IMG/VR virus record: IMGVR_UViG_3300032180_000001
Coordinates: 96,001-160,000 of that record
Reading direction: 5' to 3' (one strand)
Source of the DNA: a virus
DNA: 64,000 bases
Below are positions 1-9,950 of the stretch, one piece after another. The position numbers were made by a program, and so were the translations under genes. Positions within the stretch are counted from its first letter, which is position 1, and the number at the start of each line of letters is the position of its first letter. The notes under the pieces are model-generated. The model saw nothing but the letters and a program-made list of their open reading frames with translations. It made no database searches and was not told the DNA's origin.

Positions 1-3000
1 CAGCCCGCTGAGCCCGCTGATCGCCTCGTCCCAGAGATGGGCACCTTCATGACGCATCCCGTCGAAGATGACCGCGCCTTCCTGGATAGCCCTGTTCACG
101 AGGCCGTTGAGCCCGCTGATCGCGTCGTCCCAGAGATGTGCGCCCTCGTGCCGCGCTCCGTCGAAGACCACGGCCATCTCGTGCGGGAAAGAGTCACCGA
201 TCGCGTGCACGAACCGGTTATGGAACCCCTGGGCGATGATGCTCCAGAAACCGTCGAACAGCTTCAGCGTGTTGGACAGGAATCCCTTCAGGTCGCTGCC
301 CTTGCTCCCGACGAAGAAATCGTAGATCTTGTCGGCGACGTCGTGCTGGAATCCAGTGAAGACCCCAGCCCACGCCGTATGGAACACTCCGCCGATCGTT
401 TTGCTTGAACTGCCCAGGGCTCCGACGACCGAGTTCGGGTCACGCGGACCGCCCTGCCCGGAATCTGACGTCCGGTGACCGGTAAAGAACCCTGTCACGG
501 CATTGGCACCGCCAACAGAGATATTCGCCGCGCCCTGCCTAGTGAACAGCAGGTTGGCGATCGGCTGGAACCAGCCGGGGACCGTTTTGTTGTACGTTGC
601 CAAGTTAGACGCCTGCGTTGGCTTGCCCACCACAGCATTGCTGACGCGACCGAGCACCTGACCGATGATCGCGGCGATAAGTGCAGTCCCGCCCGCGCCC
701 CGCAGCAGCCCTTCCCCGCCCGCTCCTTCAGCTCCCCCGCCTGCCTTGCCGAACAAGCCCTTGAACCAGGTGCCAAACCGGGAGAAGAAGCCACCGGCCG
801 CCAGCTCGCCGCCCTGCACGACATCGGATGTGCCGCGGGCACCGGGGATGCCAGTGGGCGGGCCGAACTTGCCCCCAGTCGCTGCTCCGGCTGTTTCTTC
901 AGTCGCAACAGTCGCTCCGCCCGAAACCAGCGCTTCCCTGATCATAGCTGCGGCACTAGTGCCTCCTTCCTCGAACGCCGTTCTCATCAGGGCAGCTGCG
1001 TTTGAACCATCAACTTTCCCGCCGAGAAGACCACCGGTAAGCCTACCCAGAAGACTGCTACCGCTGAGAGCTTTGAAAAGGCTAGTAACACCAGTGAATT
1101 TCAGCAGTGCAATACCAGCAAGCGTGACCGCGATGCTCTCCAGAAATAGTTTGCCAGCCGTGTTCTTACTGATGTCCTTGACCCAGCCAGCGAAAAGGTT
1201 CAGCCCGTGCATAAGCGGAATGCCAACAACATCGATGATCTGCTTCAGGTTAAGCCGCAGGCTCTGGATCGTATCCGAAAAGCTGCTGGTGCCTGGTTTG
1301 GCGGCAGTCGTTGCCTTTCCCAGGTTCAGCGTGTAATTTGCCAGGTCATTAACGTACTTCGCGGCGTCCGGCCCGTAGATGCCTACTGATTTCAGGTCGG
1401 CGAGAAGCTGTACGCGATCCTTGCTGGCTGCGGCCTTATTGCCTTTTCCAAGGTCCGTAGTAAACTTAGCAAGAGCTGTCTGCACCTTACCGGTACTGCC
1501 AACGAGGGCCTGCTGCGCCGGAGTCAGGTCGGATTGCAAGGTATGCGCGAGCGCGGCGGCCTTGCCCGTCAGGTTGCTGTTGCCGATGGTGACCGCGTTC
1601 TGATTCCCCTGAAGTTTAGTCAGGCTGCCACCCATCTGGCTGATCCAGTTCGTCGCCTGCTGGAAGGTAGTTACGTACGGAGCGGCCCGTTGCACCCAGG
1701 AAACTACCTCAGCTTGCCAGGTCTTGTTGTTTCCGGCGGCCGTAACCATCGCCGCACCCGTATCAGCGATAGAACTCGTCAACTGTGGACCGGAGGCTCC
1801 TGCCTTCATGTTGGCGTCGACGAGAGAGTTAGCGTTGGTCAACAGCGACTGAAAATCAGTGTTCACTGTGTCGTAGGTGCTCGTGCCAGACGCAATGTCC
1901 GTGTTGAAAGTCTTCATGCTCTGGCCGAAGGTAGCCATCGACGTCTGGGTGCCAGTAACGATGCCGTACCAAGTGTCCCAGGCGCTCGTCAAGTTGTTAA
2001 TCGCTGTCACCTGGTCGTTGGCAGTTACCGACAGCACGTTCATGTCGCTGCCGACCATGCCCATCGTCTGGCCCATGTTCAGGTAACCGGTTACCAGGGA
2101 CGCGATCATTTGCATGGAGGTAGCCCACGCTTTGTTGTCCGCATTGGTGAAATCAGATACCTTGACTCCGGCTGTCTGTGCCAACTGCATTGCTGCGGGC
2201 AGACTGATTCCGTAGAGCTTCGAAATCTGAACAAGGCGCTCGGATTCAAGGGTGAAGTCCCCGAGGAGTTGCTGACGCGACTGGCCGAGCGTTCTCGCAT
2301 CAGCGCTGCCCGACGCTACTGCCTGCCGCCATGCGGCGGTAACATTCTTCAGCGAATTTTCTGTCGTGCTGAGCATAGTAATGGGTGTCGAATTAGCAAC
2401 GGCTGCAATTTGCGCGGATGCGTACTTCTGCATGGCATCCTGTGCCTTGACAGCCCAGACAACTACGGCAGCCAGTGCTGCTGCGATAAAGATGGCACCG
2501 CTTACCGCAGCCGGACCGAGTCCTTTCAGGACTTCACCAAATCTGGCGATCCGGCCACCCAGTGCTTCAAACATCGGTCCAACGACAGCCCAGCCTTTAG
2601 CCGCTGCGAGCCCGATGCCAAGACGTTCAACCAAATTCAAAAGGGCAGTAGCAGCAAGTCCGCTCCAGGCGTAGAGGGCATGCAGCCCGATTGCCCAGGC
2701 TGCCAGGGCGCCGCCAAACGGCGTATGGATAAAGTCAGCGACTACTCGAAACAGCTTGGTGACAGCGACGCCGATTCCTAGCATAATCTCAGCAATATGC
2801 GTTCGCTGGGTGATCCCGGCCAGAGCCCCCAGGAGCGCTCCAAGGTTAGCAAACGCTGTTGCCAGACCGGCGATGTCGCGCTGTCCCATCTTGATAAAGT
2901 TTGACAGGCCGGTACCAGAGCTGGCTTTATTCATGTCCACGGCAATGCGGGCGGCTGTCCTGTCTAGTGCCGTTCCGGTGTCCGTGATCAGCTTTTGCAT

Positions 3001-6000
3001 CACACCGCCACTCTTGCTGGCCATTGCGGTGAGCGCACTTCCGTATAGTTCGAATACCTGCGGGCGAACTTGATCCTGCAGCGCACTGAAAGAATTACCT
3101 AGTGAACTTACCTTTGTCGTAACGCCACCTGCTTGAGCGCCTAGCTTCTGAAGACTACCGCCTGCCGACACCACCATGAAATTCATCTGCGTGCCCATAG
3201 CCGTCGTCACAGTACCCAGATTTTTCACATATGTGGTAACCTGCGTAACCGCATCTTTGGCAGCAAGAGCAAATCCGCCGAGACCGAGCGCCAGCGTAGC
3301 CAGCGCCGGAATCCAGACGGCAAAAATTTCAACAGCCAGTTCCATGGCGATATGCCAGAGCTTGACGCTTTTCGCCGCACCATTAAATGCCTGAACCTGC
3401 TGCTGCATCCAGCCGAACCAGCCACCCGCACCCTTTGTGAGGAACGGGGTAATACCACCTCCGCCGGCTGCACCTGCCGCACCTGCTGCAGCGGCTGCAA
3501 GAACTCCACCCCCTCCACCGCCCTTGCCCCCGCCTGCACTCCCAGCCATAGTAGTGGCCATGACGGAACGCAATCTCCCGTACGCAGAGGCGAGATCTTT
3601 CACCCGGGCGATGTCTCCGGCGGTAGCCTTACTGAGGTCTATACTAGCTATATCTTTCAGTTCATCCTGAAGTCTTATCGCTTCGACAGCAATATCAGCT
3701 AGTACCCTCTTGGCGGAATCGCTGTCAACATGAGTTGCAAGGCTTATCAGGGTTTCCTTTATCTTCTTCGACTCAGCATCAAGCATAAATAGCTTATTCA
3801 TCGCCTCCGTAATGTCAATATTAGCGGCTGCGGTCTGCGGTGCAAGAAACTTCTGATATTCTTTAAGTGCAGCTTCCTGAAGTTTGCCGAGATCATTCCA
3901 GTCTTTCGTCATTTTCCGGGCTAGGTCATCCCAGGCTTTCCGCTGGTCCGCGTCAAACTTAAGATTATCCTTATTAGCGGACGCTTGCAGCTTACTGAGA
4001 TCATTCCAGTCTTTTGTCATTTTCCGGGCTAGGTCATCCCAGGTCTTCTGCTGATCCGCACCACCAGCAGCGCCACTCGCCGTATGCGCGGCTTTGACCC
4101 GCTTCAGTTCCTTTTCTGCCTGACTTAGCAGGGTTACCATCCGGATAACAGTGTCCGCCGCTGCCGCCTGGCTCATGAGGTCGACAGTCGACTGCTTCAT
4201 CTCATTCGATAGCTTGCTCTGCTCAATCCGGAGAATCATGGCCTGAGCAGCAGAATAACCGGCCTTCTCACCGAGATCAGACGTTGCAGCGTCAAGTTCC
4301 TTTAGTTTTGCTATCATATCAGCAGGAATAATAGTATTAAGCGGTTCGAATGCCTTTGCTGACTTTGCTGCCTGCGCTGCTGTTGCCGCCATAGTCGCGC
4401 CCAGTCCGCCGGTACTATCGGCTGCGGCATCTGCTGCCTTTTCCTGTACTTTTTCCGCAGCAGCAGCCAGGTACTCAGCCGCAGCCATCCCGCCTATCGC
4501 AGCGGTGGTGACAGTATATCCCTTATCAGCATAACCCCTAACGCCACCCTGACTTGACTCCCCGTATCCCTTGGCGTAAATAGCCCGGACGCGCTCAACC
4601 TCAGCAGCAGTCGTTTCAACTGTGTTCTTGAGCTTACCCCACTTACTAATTTGCAAGGTGATCGAAGTGTCCGCTGCTGCCGTTACCCGCTGATACTCCT
4701 GAAGGAAGCCTTTGCCCGTACCTACTTTCTCCGTCCAAGTGACTAGCTCCGCTGTTGCTTTCTCCATCGCCGGTGCCAGATTAACTTCCGGGGTGATCTT
4801 TGGCTTTTCCGTTGCGATTTTTTCGTCGAGCGCTGCTGCTTCCGCTAGTGCCGGTTTTTCATCAAGCTTCGGAGTAACAACCGGCGTATCAGCTTGATTG
4901 AAAGCAGCTTTCGCAGCCGTAGCAGCCTCTTTACTGCCATTCTCTATCGCCGTCCTGAACTCCCGGGTCGCGGCTTCCTTATTTACAGTTAGCGGCACCG
5001 CGACGGGCTTCATGACCTCCCCTACCCGGGCCTTAGCCGCCGTCATCATCATGTCCTGATACAGCTTATCGCGTGCTGCTTCCGACATCTTCGGCTCAAC
5101 AGGCACCTCGACTGGCTTACTGATCTTCGCGTCAAGCGCTGCCACCTCCGCCGTCGCCGGTCCCAGATCAACCTTCGGCTGAATGAATTCTTGCGACGAT
5201 ACTCGGTGCTTGTATTCCCCGCCGACAAACATGGCCTGCTGCCGCTGAAGATCTGTCAATGTCTGCTGGTTATGCTGCGGGACAAGGTTAACTTTCTGAT
5301 CCCGGTAAAGCTGGACTAGTGCTGCATCTAGATTCTTAACACCACTGAGCGCCGCCCGCAGATCCGTCAGGTTGATGTATCCTCCGGGCCTGTCCCCGCC
5401 TGCGGTTGCCATACTGCGGATCGTGGTCATAATCAGCTTGTCGAGCGCCATAACTTCCGTCATGGCCGGAGCCGTGTCCGCAGTAATCGACACCTCGGGC
5501 TTCTCTGCTTCTATAGCTTTGTCAAGCGCTGTGCATTCTGCCATGGCAGGAGCTGTGTTCAGTTCGGGGGTAACGACGGGCTTAGCTGCGGTAAGAGCAG
5601 CCTGAAATTTTTCCTGAACCTTGCGCATAAGAGCGGATGACTCGAAAGCTGCAAGGAACTCATTTATATCCGGAACAGCTTCGACAGGAACGGTTAGCTT
5701 AGTACTACTCCATTGTGCGCCAAGTGCCTGTGCGGCGGCAAGATTAGCATCCTCAACTTCTGTTCTATAGGTATCAAAAAATTTCTTCTGTGCCTTCGTC
5801 AGCGGAACCGTGATCGCCTCAGCAGTTGCGTCACCCGCACCCTTCATCGTTGTCCGGACCTTGTCGGCAAACCCGGTTAGCGCTGTCTCCGACTCTTCTA
5901 TGCTCGGCCCGAGATCAACCGGTATCTCAACAGGATTGGCCTTCACCTCCGCAACAGCCGCGGTAACAGCCGTTGCGACCTCCGGCATGACCTTCGACGT

Positions 6001-9000
6001 GTCCGCAGTGAACGGAACGCTTGCCGCCGCCGCCGCTGCCGCCTCTTGCGCGGCCTTCTTCAGCCTGGCTTTCATCACCATGTCGGCCTGCTTCTCCGAC
6101 AGCCCGGCCGCGATCAGCTCCGGTATCCCTCCCGCGACGGGCTTGTACTCTTCCCGCCCGACCGACATCTGCACGCTCTTCATAAAGTCGGCCATATTGG
6201 CTTTAACCGGGATTGTCCGGCTCTGAGTTATCCGCGCCATCTCCGCCTGGATCTCGGCTTCGCTGAACTTAGCCTTCATTTCGACTGGATGAGCTGCAAT
6301 CTCGGCATCCGCCACCGCGACTACCTTAGCTACCTCCGGGGTAATCACCGTTGTGTCTGTCTTGATTTGTTCCACAATCGGATTAGCCGCTGCCCAGGCG
6401 CTTGCTGCTTTTTTCGCTTTATCTAGATCATCATCCAGGTCTTCCAGGTAGTCAGCCGCAGGCCGAACAGATACCGTAGCAATAATCTTATAACCGGTTT
6501 TTGATGCATAGCTACCAGAACTTGGGTAGGCTGACGCATGAGGGGCATTATCTGCCGGATTTACGGGGGCGACCTGGTACGTATATCGACCAAGCAGGTT
6601 AGCCGCATTTGGTTTCTCATTAGCCCACGCCAGTCCGCTCCTACCGGGGTTAATGATATCTCCGACATCTAGCTTCGCATTAGTTGCGTGAAACAGGTCC
6701 TTTACCTCAGTGACGGCAGCAGTGGCCTCTGAGATAATTTTTTCTGTGTCAAGTTCTACCGGAATTTTAGTGTTCCTGTACTTAGCCTTTATGGCGGCTA
6801 GCTGCGCCTCAATCGGATCTTTATTTATATCTGGCGTGAACTCCATCTTCATCGACTTCATAATCTCGGCGACCGACTTGTCCGGCACCGGTACTGCGTT
6901 CTCCGGCTTATACAGGACCTGAGTAGCGCCCTTAAATACATCCTTCGAAGGGACGTCGAACGACCGGACAACGAAACCAAGCTCTTTCAGCTTAGGCAGC
7001 CATTCATCAAACCAGGTGTTCAACTGCTTCATGTCCTCGAATGCGCTGCGAGCACCTTCGCTGAAAAGCTTTATTGCCTTGTCTTCACTGACGATGTTTC
7101 CAAGAAGCGAGTCTTCCCAGACAGGAGGGTGCTCCCAATCTCGGGCGTTGTGCGTTGATGGTGCCGTCTCGGACACGCCAGGACTGCCCGCGTACGGCCC
7201 CCTGCCGGTCTCTGCATGCTCAACGCGGAAGATGCGAGTCATCTCCTGCTTTACTGCGGCTTCAGCAGCTTTGTCCATAACAGGCTCAACCGTAACCGGC
7301 AGGGCTTCAAGGTGAATATTCCGAACGCCCTCAATAATTTGATCTTTAAGTACCTTAAACGGCTGATTTCTCGGGAAGGTAAATTCATGTGCGTCGTCCG
7401 GGAGATCCCCCAGGGCTATACTCTGCCTATTCAGGGCCTTGACTCCCGGTCCTGCAGTAATTTTCATCAAGGTGGTGCCGAATGTTTTTGCTACATCCTC
7501 CGACACTGCGGCGCTAGTGTAGCCCTTATCCTGGATTATCTGACCGGTCTTACTCCCAACACTACCGAGAATCTCATCAGGCTTATTAACACCCCGAAAC
7601 AAAGTAACCTGCTGAGTAAAATCTGATACTTTATTAATCAGGGAGTCAATATCTGAGACAATACTAGCAACACCATTATCCTGAGTACTTCCAGCACCCC
7701 CGACTGATAGACCCCTTAGTTGATCCTGTATTGTCTTGAAAGACCACTCGTAATACCTTTTCATAGCAAACAGGTCGTCTTCAGTCGTGCTGCTAGGAGT
7801 CCCTTCGCTGGACTTAGCTAGTTTCATTCCTGACAAAGCCTGCTTCATCTCCCGGGAGGCATCCCTGAACTCCCCAGCAGACATCTGCACGCTTCGCATA
7901 AAGTCGGCCATTGACGATCCAGCGCTCGCGGTCGGGCCAGGCCCTGCAACCCCCGCTCCCGCAACCCCCGCTCCCTCAAGCCCAGAAGAATCAACCCGGA
8001 TCTTGACCGTCCGGTCCCGGGTGACGATCTTCAGCATCTCTTCGGCCACATCGATCGAACGGTCATCCAGGTCGGCCCGTATCCTCACCATGCGCTCGGC
8101 GGTCAGCGCGTCCAGTGCCGCCTGCGCCGCAGCCGAGTCCAGGACGACGTCGATCTCAAGGTCCTGTCCCGGCGGGAGTACGAGCTTTCCAACGTCAAAC
8201 GTCACCGGAATCTGGGTAGTAAGGCTGCGAAGCTCCGCCAGCTTCCGGTCCAGATCAGCCGTGTTGATATCGATGCTCAGGTAGTCGGACAGACCGGTTT
8301 GCGCGATCAGCTTCTTGATCAGCATGAGCTGGCTGCGGATCTTCGACTGAGGCACGTTAACATCAGCGAAGTCCGCCAGGCCAGACTGGGCTGCCAAAGT
8401 CTTCAGCTTCGCGAACGCCGCAGGAGCGCCCTCAACATTGACGCCGACATCAACCGTCCGGTCCGCCGTCAGGGCATTCAGCTCCGTTTTCGCCGCCGTC
8501 ACAGAACCAGGCTTCAGGTAAAACTCGACCGGAATATCCGCCACGACATCCTGAGTAACGGCGGCAACCTTAACCTGCAAGCCAATTGCGGTACCCAGAT
8601 TGAACTCAGCCGGAATATCCGCCTTAACGCCTTCGGTAACCGCATCAACCTGAGCCTGCAGTCCGCCCGAGCCACCGCGGACACCAAGATCGACAGGAAC
8701 GAGTGCGCTGGCGCCTTCCGCCATGGCATCAATCTTTACCTGAAACTCGGCCCGAGATGGCATGTTAAGGTCAACCGGTATCTTGGCTCCGATACCCGCA
8801 GTCAGCGTCTCAACCTGAGCCTTCATTCCTGTTTTAGTTCCAGTCAGGTCAACAGGTACCTTCGCCTTGATTCCTGCAGTCAGCGTCTCAACCTGAGTCT
8901 TTACGGCTGCCTTTGAAGGAAGCTTAAATTCGACTGGTATCTTTGCCTGAATCCCCGCGGTCAGCGTCTTAACCTGGCCTTGCAATTTAGTCTTAGTCCC

Positions 9001-9159
9001 AGTCAGCTCAATTGGAACCTTTACCTGCAAGTCATGATCAGTAAGAGCCAGCTTGTTAACTTCCCCCACCGCAGTTTTTACCTGCTTGGTAAGATCAGCA
9101 AAAAAACCGTCATCATTTGGTTTAATGTTAACGTAGGCCTCTCCCAAAAGACGGGCCAC
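1..9159 (-). CDS. Tape measure protein, >3053 aa, 3' end outside the window; contains an internal ADP-ribosyltransferase block
   Basis: GTG at 9159 opens MARLLGEAYVNIKPNDDGFFADL..., next to the stop of the neck gene. The same frame is still open at position 1 (...IQEGAVIFDGMRHEGAHLWDEAISGLSGL). The ORF track reports no stop-bounded ORF from this start, consistent with an open 3' end. Ala/Gly-rich amphipathic repeats and position after the tail chaperones fit a TMP. Confidence 0.92.
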   Translation of the reverse strand, partial: MARLLGEAYVNIKPNDDGFFADLTKQVKTAVGEVNKLALTDHDLQVKVPIELTGTKTKLQGQVKTLTAGIQAKIPVEFKLPSKAAVKTQVETLTAGIKAKVPVDLTGTKTGMKAQVETLTAGIGAKIPVDLNMPSRAEFQVKIDAMAEGASALVPVDLGVRGGSGGLQAQVDAVTEGVKADIPAEFNLGTAIGLQVKVAAVTQDVVADIPVEFYLKPGSVTAAKTELNALTADRTVDVGVNVEGAPAAFAKLKTLAAQSGLADFADVNVPQSKIRSQLMLIKKLIAQTGLSDYLSIDINTADLDRKLAELRSLTTQIPVTFDVGKLVLPPGQDLEIDVVLDSAAAQAALDALTAERMVRIRADLDDRSIDVAEEMLKIVTRDRTVKIRVDSSGLEGAGVAGAGVAGPGPTASAGSSMADFMRSVQMSAGEFRDASREMKQALSGMKLAKSSEGTPSSTTEDDLFAMKRYYEWSFKTIQDQLRGLSVGGAGSTQDNGVASIVSDIDSLINKVSDFTQQVTLFRGVNKPDEILGSVGSKTGQIIQDKGYTSAAVSEDVAKTFGTTLMKITAGPGVKALNRQSIALGDLPDDAHEFTFPRNQPFKVLKDQIIEGVRNIHLEALPVTVEPVMDKAAEAAVKQEMTRIFRVEHAETGRGPYAGSPGVSETAPSTHNARDWEHPPVWEDSLLGNIVSEDKAIKLFSEGARSAFEDMKQLNTWFDEWLPKLKELGFVVRSFDVPSKDVFKGATQVLYKPENAVPVPDKSVAEIMKSMKMEFTPDINKDPIEAQLAAIKAKYRNTKIPVELDTEKIISEATAAVTEVKDLFHATNAKLDVGDIINPGRSGLAWANEKPNAANLLGRYTYQVAPVNPADNAPHASAYPSSGSYASKTGYKIIATVSVRPAADYLEDLDDDLDKAKKAASAWAAANPIVEQIKTDTTVITPEVAKVVAVADAEIAAHPVEMKAKFSEAEIQAEMARITQSRTIPVKANMADFMKSVQMSVGREEYKPVAGGIPELIAAGLSEKQADMVMKARLKKAAQEAAAAAAASVPFTADTSKVMPEVATAVTAAVAEVKANPVEIPVDLGPSIEESETALTGFADKVRTTMKGAGDATAEAITVPLTKAQKKFFDTYRTEVEDANLAAAQALGAQWSSTKLTVPVEAVPDINEFLAAFESSALMRKVQEKFQAALTAAKPVVTPELNTAPAMAECTALDKAIEAEKPEVSITADTAPAMTEVMALDKLIMTTIRSMATAGGDRPGGYINLTDLRAALSGVKNLDAALVQLYRDQKVNLVPQHNQQTLTDLQRQQAMFVGGEYKHRVSSQEFIQPKVDLGPATAEVAALDAKISKPVEVPVEPKMSEAARDKLYQDMMMTAAKARVGEVMKPVAVPLTVNKEAATREFRTAIENGSKEAATAAKAAFNQADTPVVTPKLDEKPALAEAAALDEKIATEKPKITPEVNLAPAMEKATAELVTWTEKVGTGKGFLQEYQRVTAAADTSITLQISKWGKLKNTVETTAAEVERVRAIYAKGYGESSQGGVRGYADKGYTVTTAAIGGMAAAEYLAAAAEKVQEKAADAAADSTGGLGATMAATAAQAAKSAKAFEPLNTIIPADMIAKLKELDAATSDLGEKAGYSAAQAMILRIEQSKLSNEMKQSTVDLMSQAAAADTVIRMVTLLSQAEKELKRVKAAHTASGAAGGADQQKTWDDLARKMTKDWNDLSKLQASANKDNLKFDADQRKAWDDLARKMTKDWNDLGKLQEAALKEYQKFLAPQTAAANIDITEAMNKLFMLDAESKKIKETLISLATHVDSDSAKRVLADIAVEAIRLQDELKDIASIDLSKATAGDIARVKDLASAYGRLRSVMATTMAGSAGGGKGGGGGGVLAAAAAGAAGAAGGGGITPFLTKGAGGWFGWMQQQVQAFNGAAKSVKLWHIAMELAVEIFAVWIPALATLALGLGGFALAAKDAVTQVTTYVKNLGTVTTAMGTQMNFMVVSAGGSLQKLGAQAGGVTTKVSSLGNSFSALQDQVRPQVFELYGSALTAMASKSGGVMQKLITDTGTALDRTAARIAVDMNKASSGTGLSNFIKMGQRDIAGLATAFANLGALLGALAGITQRTHIAEIMLGIGVAVTKLFRVVADFIHTPFGGALAAWAIGLHALYAWSGLAATALLNLVERLGIGLAAAKGWAVVGPMFEALGGRIARFGEVLKGLGPAAVSGAIFIAAALAAVVVWAVKAQDAMQKYASAQIAAVANSTPITMLSTTENSLKNVTAAWRQAVASGSADARTLGQSRQQLLGDFTLESERLVQISKLYGISLPAAMQLAQTAGVKVSDFTNADNKAWATSMQMIASLVTGYLNMGQTMGMVGSDMNVLSVTANDQVTAINNLTSAWDTWYGIVTGTQTSMATFGQSMKTFNTDIASGTSTYDTVNTDFQSLLTNANSLVDANMKAGASGPQLTSSIADTGAAMVTAAGNNKTWQAEVVSWVQRAAPYVTTFQQATNWISQMGGSLTKLQGNQNAVTIGNSNLTGKAAALAHTLQSDLTPAQQALVGSTGKVQTALAKFTTDLGKGNKAAASKDRVQLLADLKSVGIYGPDAAKYVNDLANYTLNLGKATTAAKPGTSSFSDTIQSLRLNLKQIIDVVGIPLMHGLNLFAGWVKDISKNTAGKLFLESIAVTLAGIALLKFTGVTSLFKALSGSSLLGRLTGGLLGGKVDGSNAAALMRTAFEEGGTSAAAMIREALVSGGATVATEETAGAATGGKFGPPTGIPGARGTSDVVQGGELAAGGFFSRFGTWFKGLFGKAGGGAEGAGGEGLLRGAGGTALIAAIIGQVLGRVSNAVVGKPTQASNLATYNKTVPGWFQPIANLLFTRQGAANISVGGANAVTGFFTGHRTSDSGQGGPRDPNSVVGALGSSSKTIGGVFHTAWAGVFTGFQHDVADKIYDFFVGSKGSDLKGFLSNTLKLFDGFWSIIAQGFHNRFVHAIGDSFPHEMAVVFDGARHEGAHLWDDAISGLNGLVNRAIQEGAVIFDGMRHEGAHLWDEAISGLSGL
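3890..4045 (-). repeat. 108-bp-period tandem repeat within the TMP (WDDLARKMTKDWNDL x2)
   Basis: gagatcattccagtcttt(c/t)gtcattttccgggctaggtcatcccagg occurs near 3890 and 3998. Confidence 0.85.
6472..6696 (-). other. Arr-like (H-type) ADP-ribosyltransferase domain inside the TMP
   Basis: Hand translation: LFHATNAKLDVGDIINPGRSGLAWANEKPNAANLLGRYTYQVAPVN...SYASKTGYKIIATV. This follows the rifampin-ART Arr pattern FxHGTxAxLxxGDxL...YxVxP...SY. Confidence 0.65.
6901..7236 (-). other. Phage 'YRVE..GPY..HP..WF..GF..G..QV' globular domain inside the TMP (possible ART-like fold)
   Basis: Hand translation: RIFRVEHAETGRGPYAG...EHPPVWEDSLL...SAFEDMKQLNTWFDEWLPKLKELGFVVRSFDVPSKDVFKGATQVLY. The pattern resembles small free-standing phage proteins; the fold assignment is inference. 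Confidence 0.5.
7310..7790 (-). other. VIP2/C3/Alt-like (R-S-E clade) ADP-ribosyltransferase domain inside the TMP
   Basis: Hand translation: ...MKRYYEWSFKTIQDQLRG...SDIDSLI...TLFRG (R at 7594-7596)...IIQDKGYTSAA (S-T at 7513-7518)...AKTFG..LMKI..GPGVKAL...AHEFTFPRNQPFKV (E at 7384-7386). Confidence 0.85.
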
Positions 9160-9160
9160 A

Positions 9161-9556
9161 TCACACCGTCCCTTCTAGATCGAACAAGCCGGTGGTAAGG
9201 AACGGATAAGAGTTAGCCTCGGAACCTGGGCCGCCCGGCCCGTGCATCTGGATAGCAGGATGTTCCAGGAACACGGTGGGATTCGTCGGTGCTGCCGCGC
9301 TGCCGTAAATATGGCCGGTGTCATCCCAGCCGACGTACGGGTGCGTGAGTTCCTTGGTAAATCCCGGAGGCCTAGCGTTACTGCCCCGTCCAGTCCGGGC
9401 CGAAGCAGGCGTCCCTGGGCGAACATGCACCACAGCGATCGCGACTGCCGCAGCCCGGTCCGCGAGATCGAGCATCAAAGGTGCGACGAGACCCGTAGGA
9501 GAATTCAACATCTCAAATACCGCCTCTTCTGAGATATGAACGTCATCCACGTCCAA
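9161..9556 (-). CDS. Putative neck/tail-completion (HK97 gp10-like) protein
   Basis: 131 aa with a strong RBS (aaggagg). Lies between the tail chaperones and the TMP. Confidence 0.5.
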   Translation of the reverse strand: MDVDDVHISEEAVFEMLNSPTGLVAPLMLDLADRAAAVAIAVVHVRPGTPASARTGRGSNARPPGFTKELTHPYVGWDDTGHIYGSAAAPTNPTVFLEHPAIQMHGPGGPGSEANSYPFLTTGLFDLEGTV

Positions 9557-9565
9557 GCGCCTCCT

Positions 9566-9950
9566 TTACATCCCCATAAAAGACCCGGGGATCTCCTCGT
9601 CCTTGCCTTCTGCTTCCCAGGGCACAAGATTGCCGTCGGCTCCCTTGCGGAACCCACTGACAGGGGCGTCCGGGTTCTCGACCACCATTCCCGCTGCCTC
9701 CTGGAAGGCTTTCAGTGCCTTCAGCGCCTCCTTCTCCGGATCGACGCGCTGGCCGATCGTTTCCTCGAACGCTTCCAGCTGGTCGGCGTCCATGCCGTCC
9801 GTGCAGATCGCGTACACCATGTTGAGCAGCTGGCGCGGGGTTAGCGCCTCGATGCCTTTTTCCGTGTGCCGGAGCCGTTCCCCGTCGAGACGCGCTGAGT
9901 GGTGGGCGGCGTAACTGAGGAGCCATCGCGCGGCTTGGTAGGGCGCCCGG
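9566..9950 (-). CDS. Tail assembly chaperone, frameshifted C-terminal extension (G-T type)
   Basis: The -1 frame is open from about 9950 (APYQAARWLLSYAAHHSARLDGERLRHTEKGIEALTPRQLLNMVYAI...) to 9566 and overlaps the 3' end of the upstream chaperone ORF. Confidence 0.7.

Noticed and set aside
37-8916. Many plus-strand ORFs in the track (e.g. 1534-2781, 665-1336, 8299-8916)
   Set aside because: They are antisense shadows of the tape measure frame, with no RBS or domain motifs.
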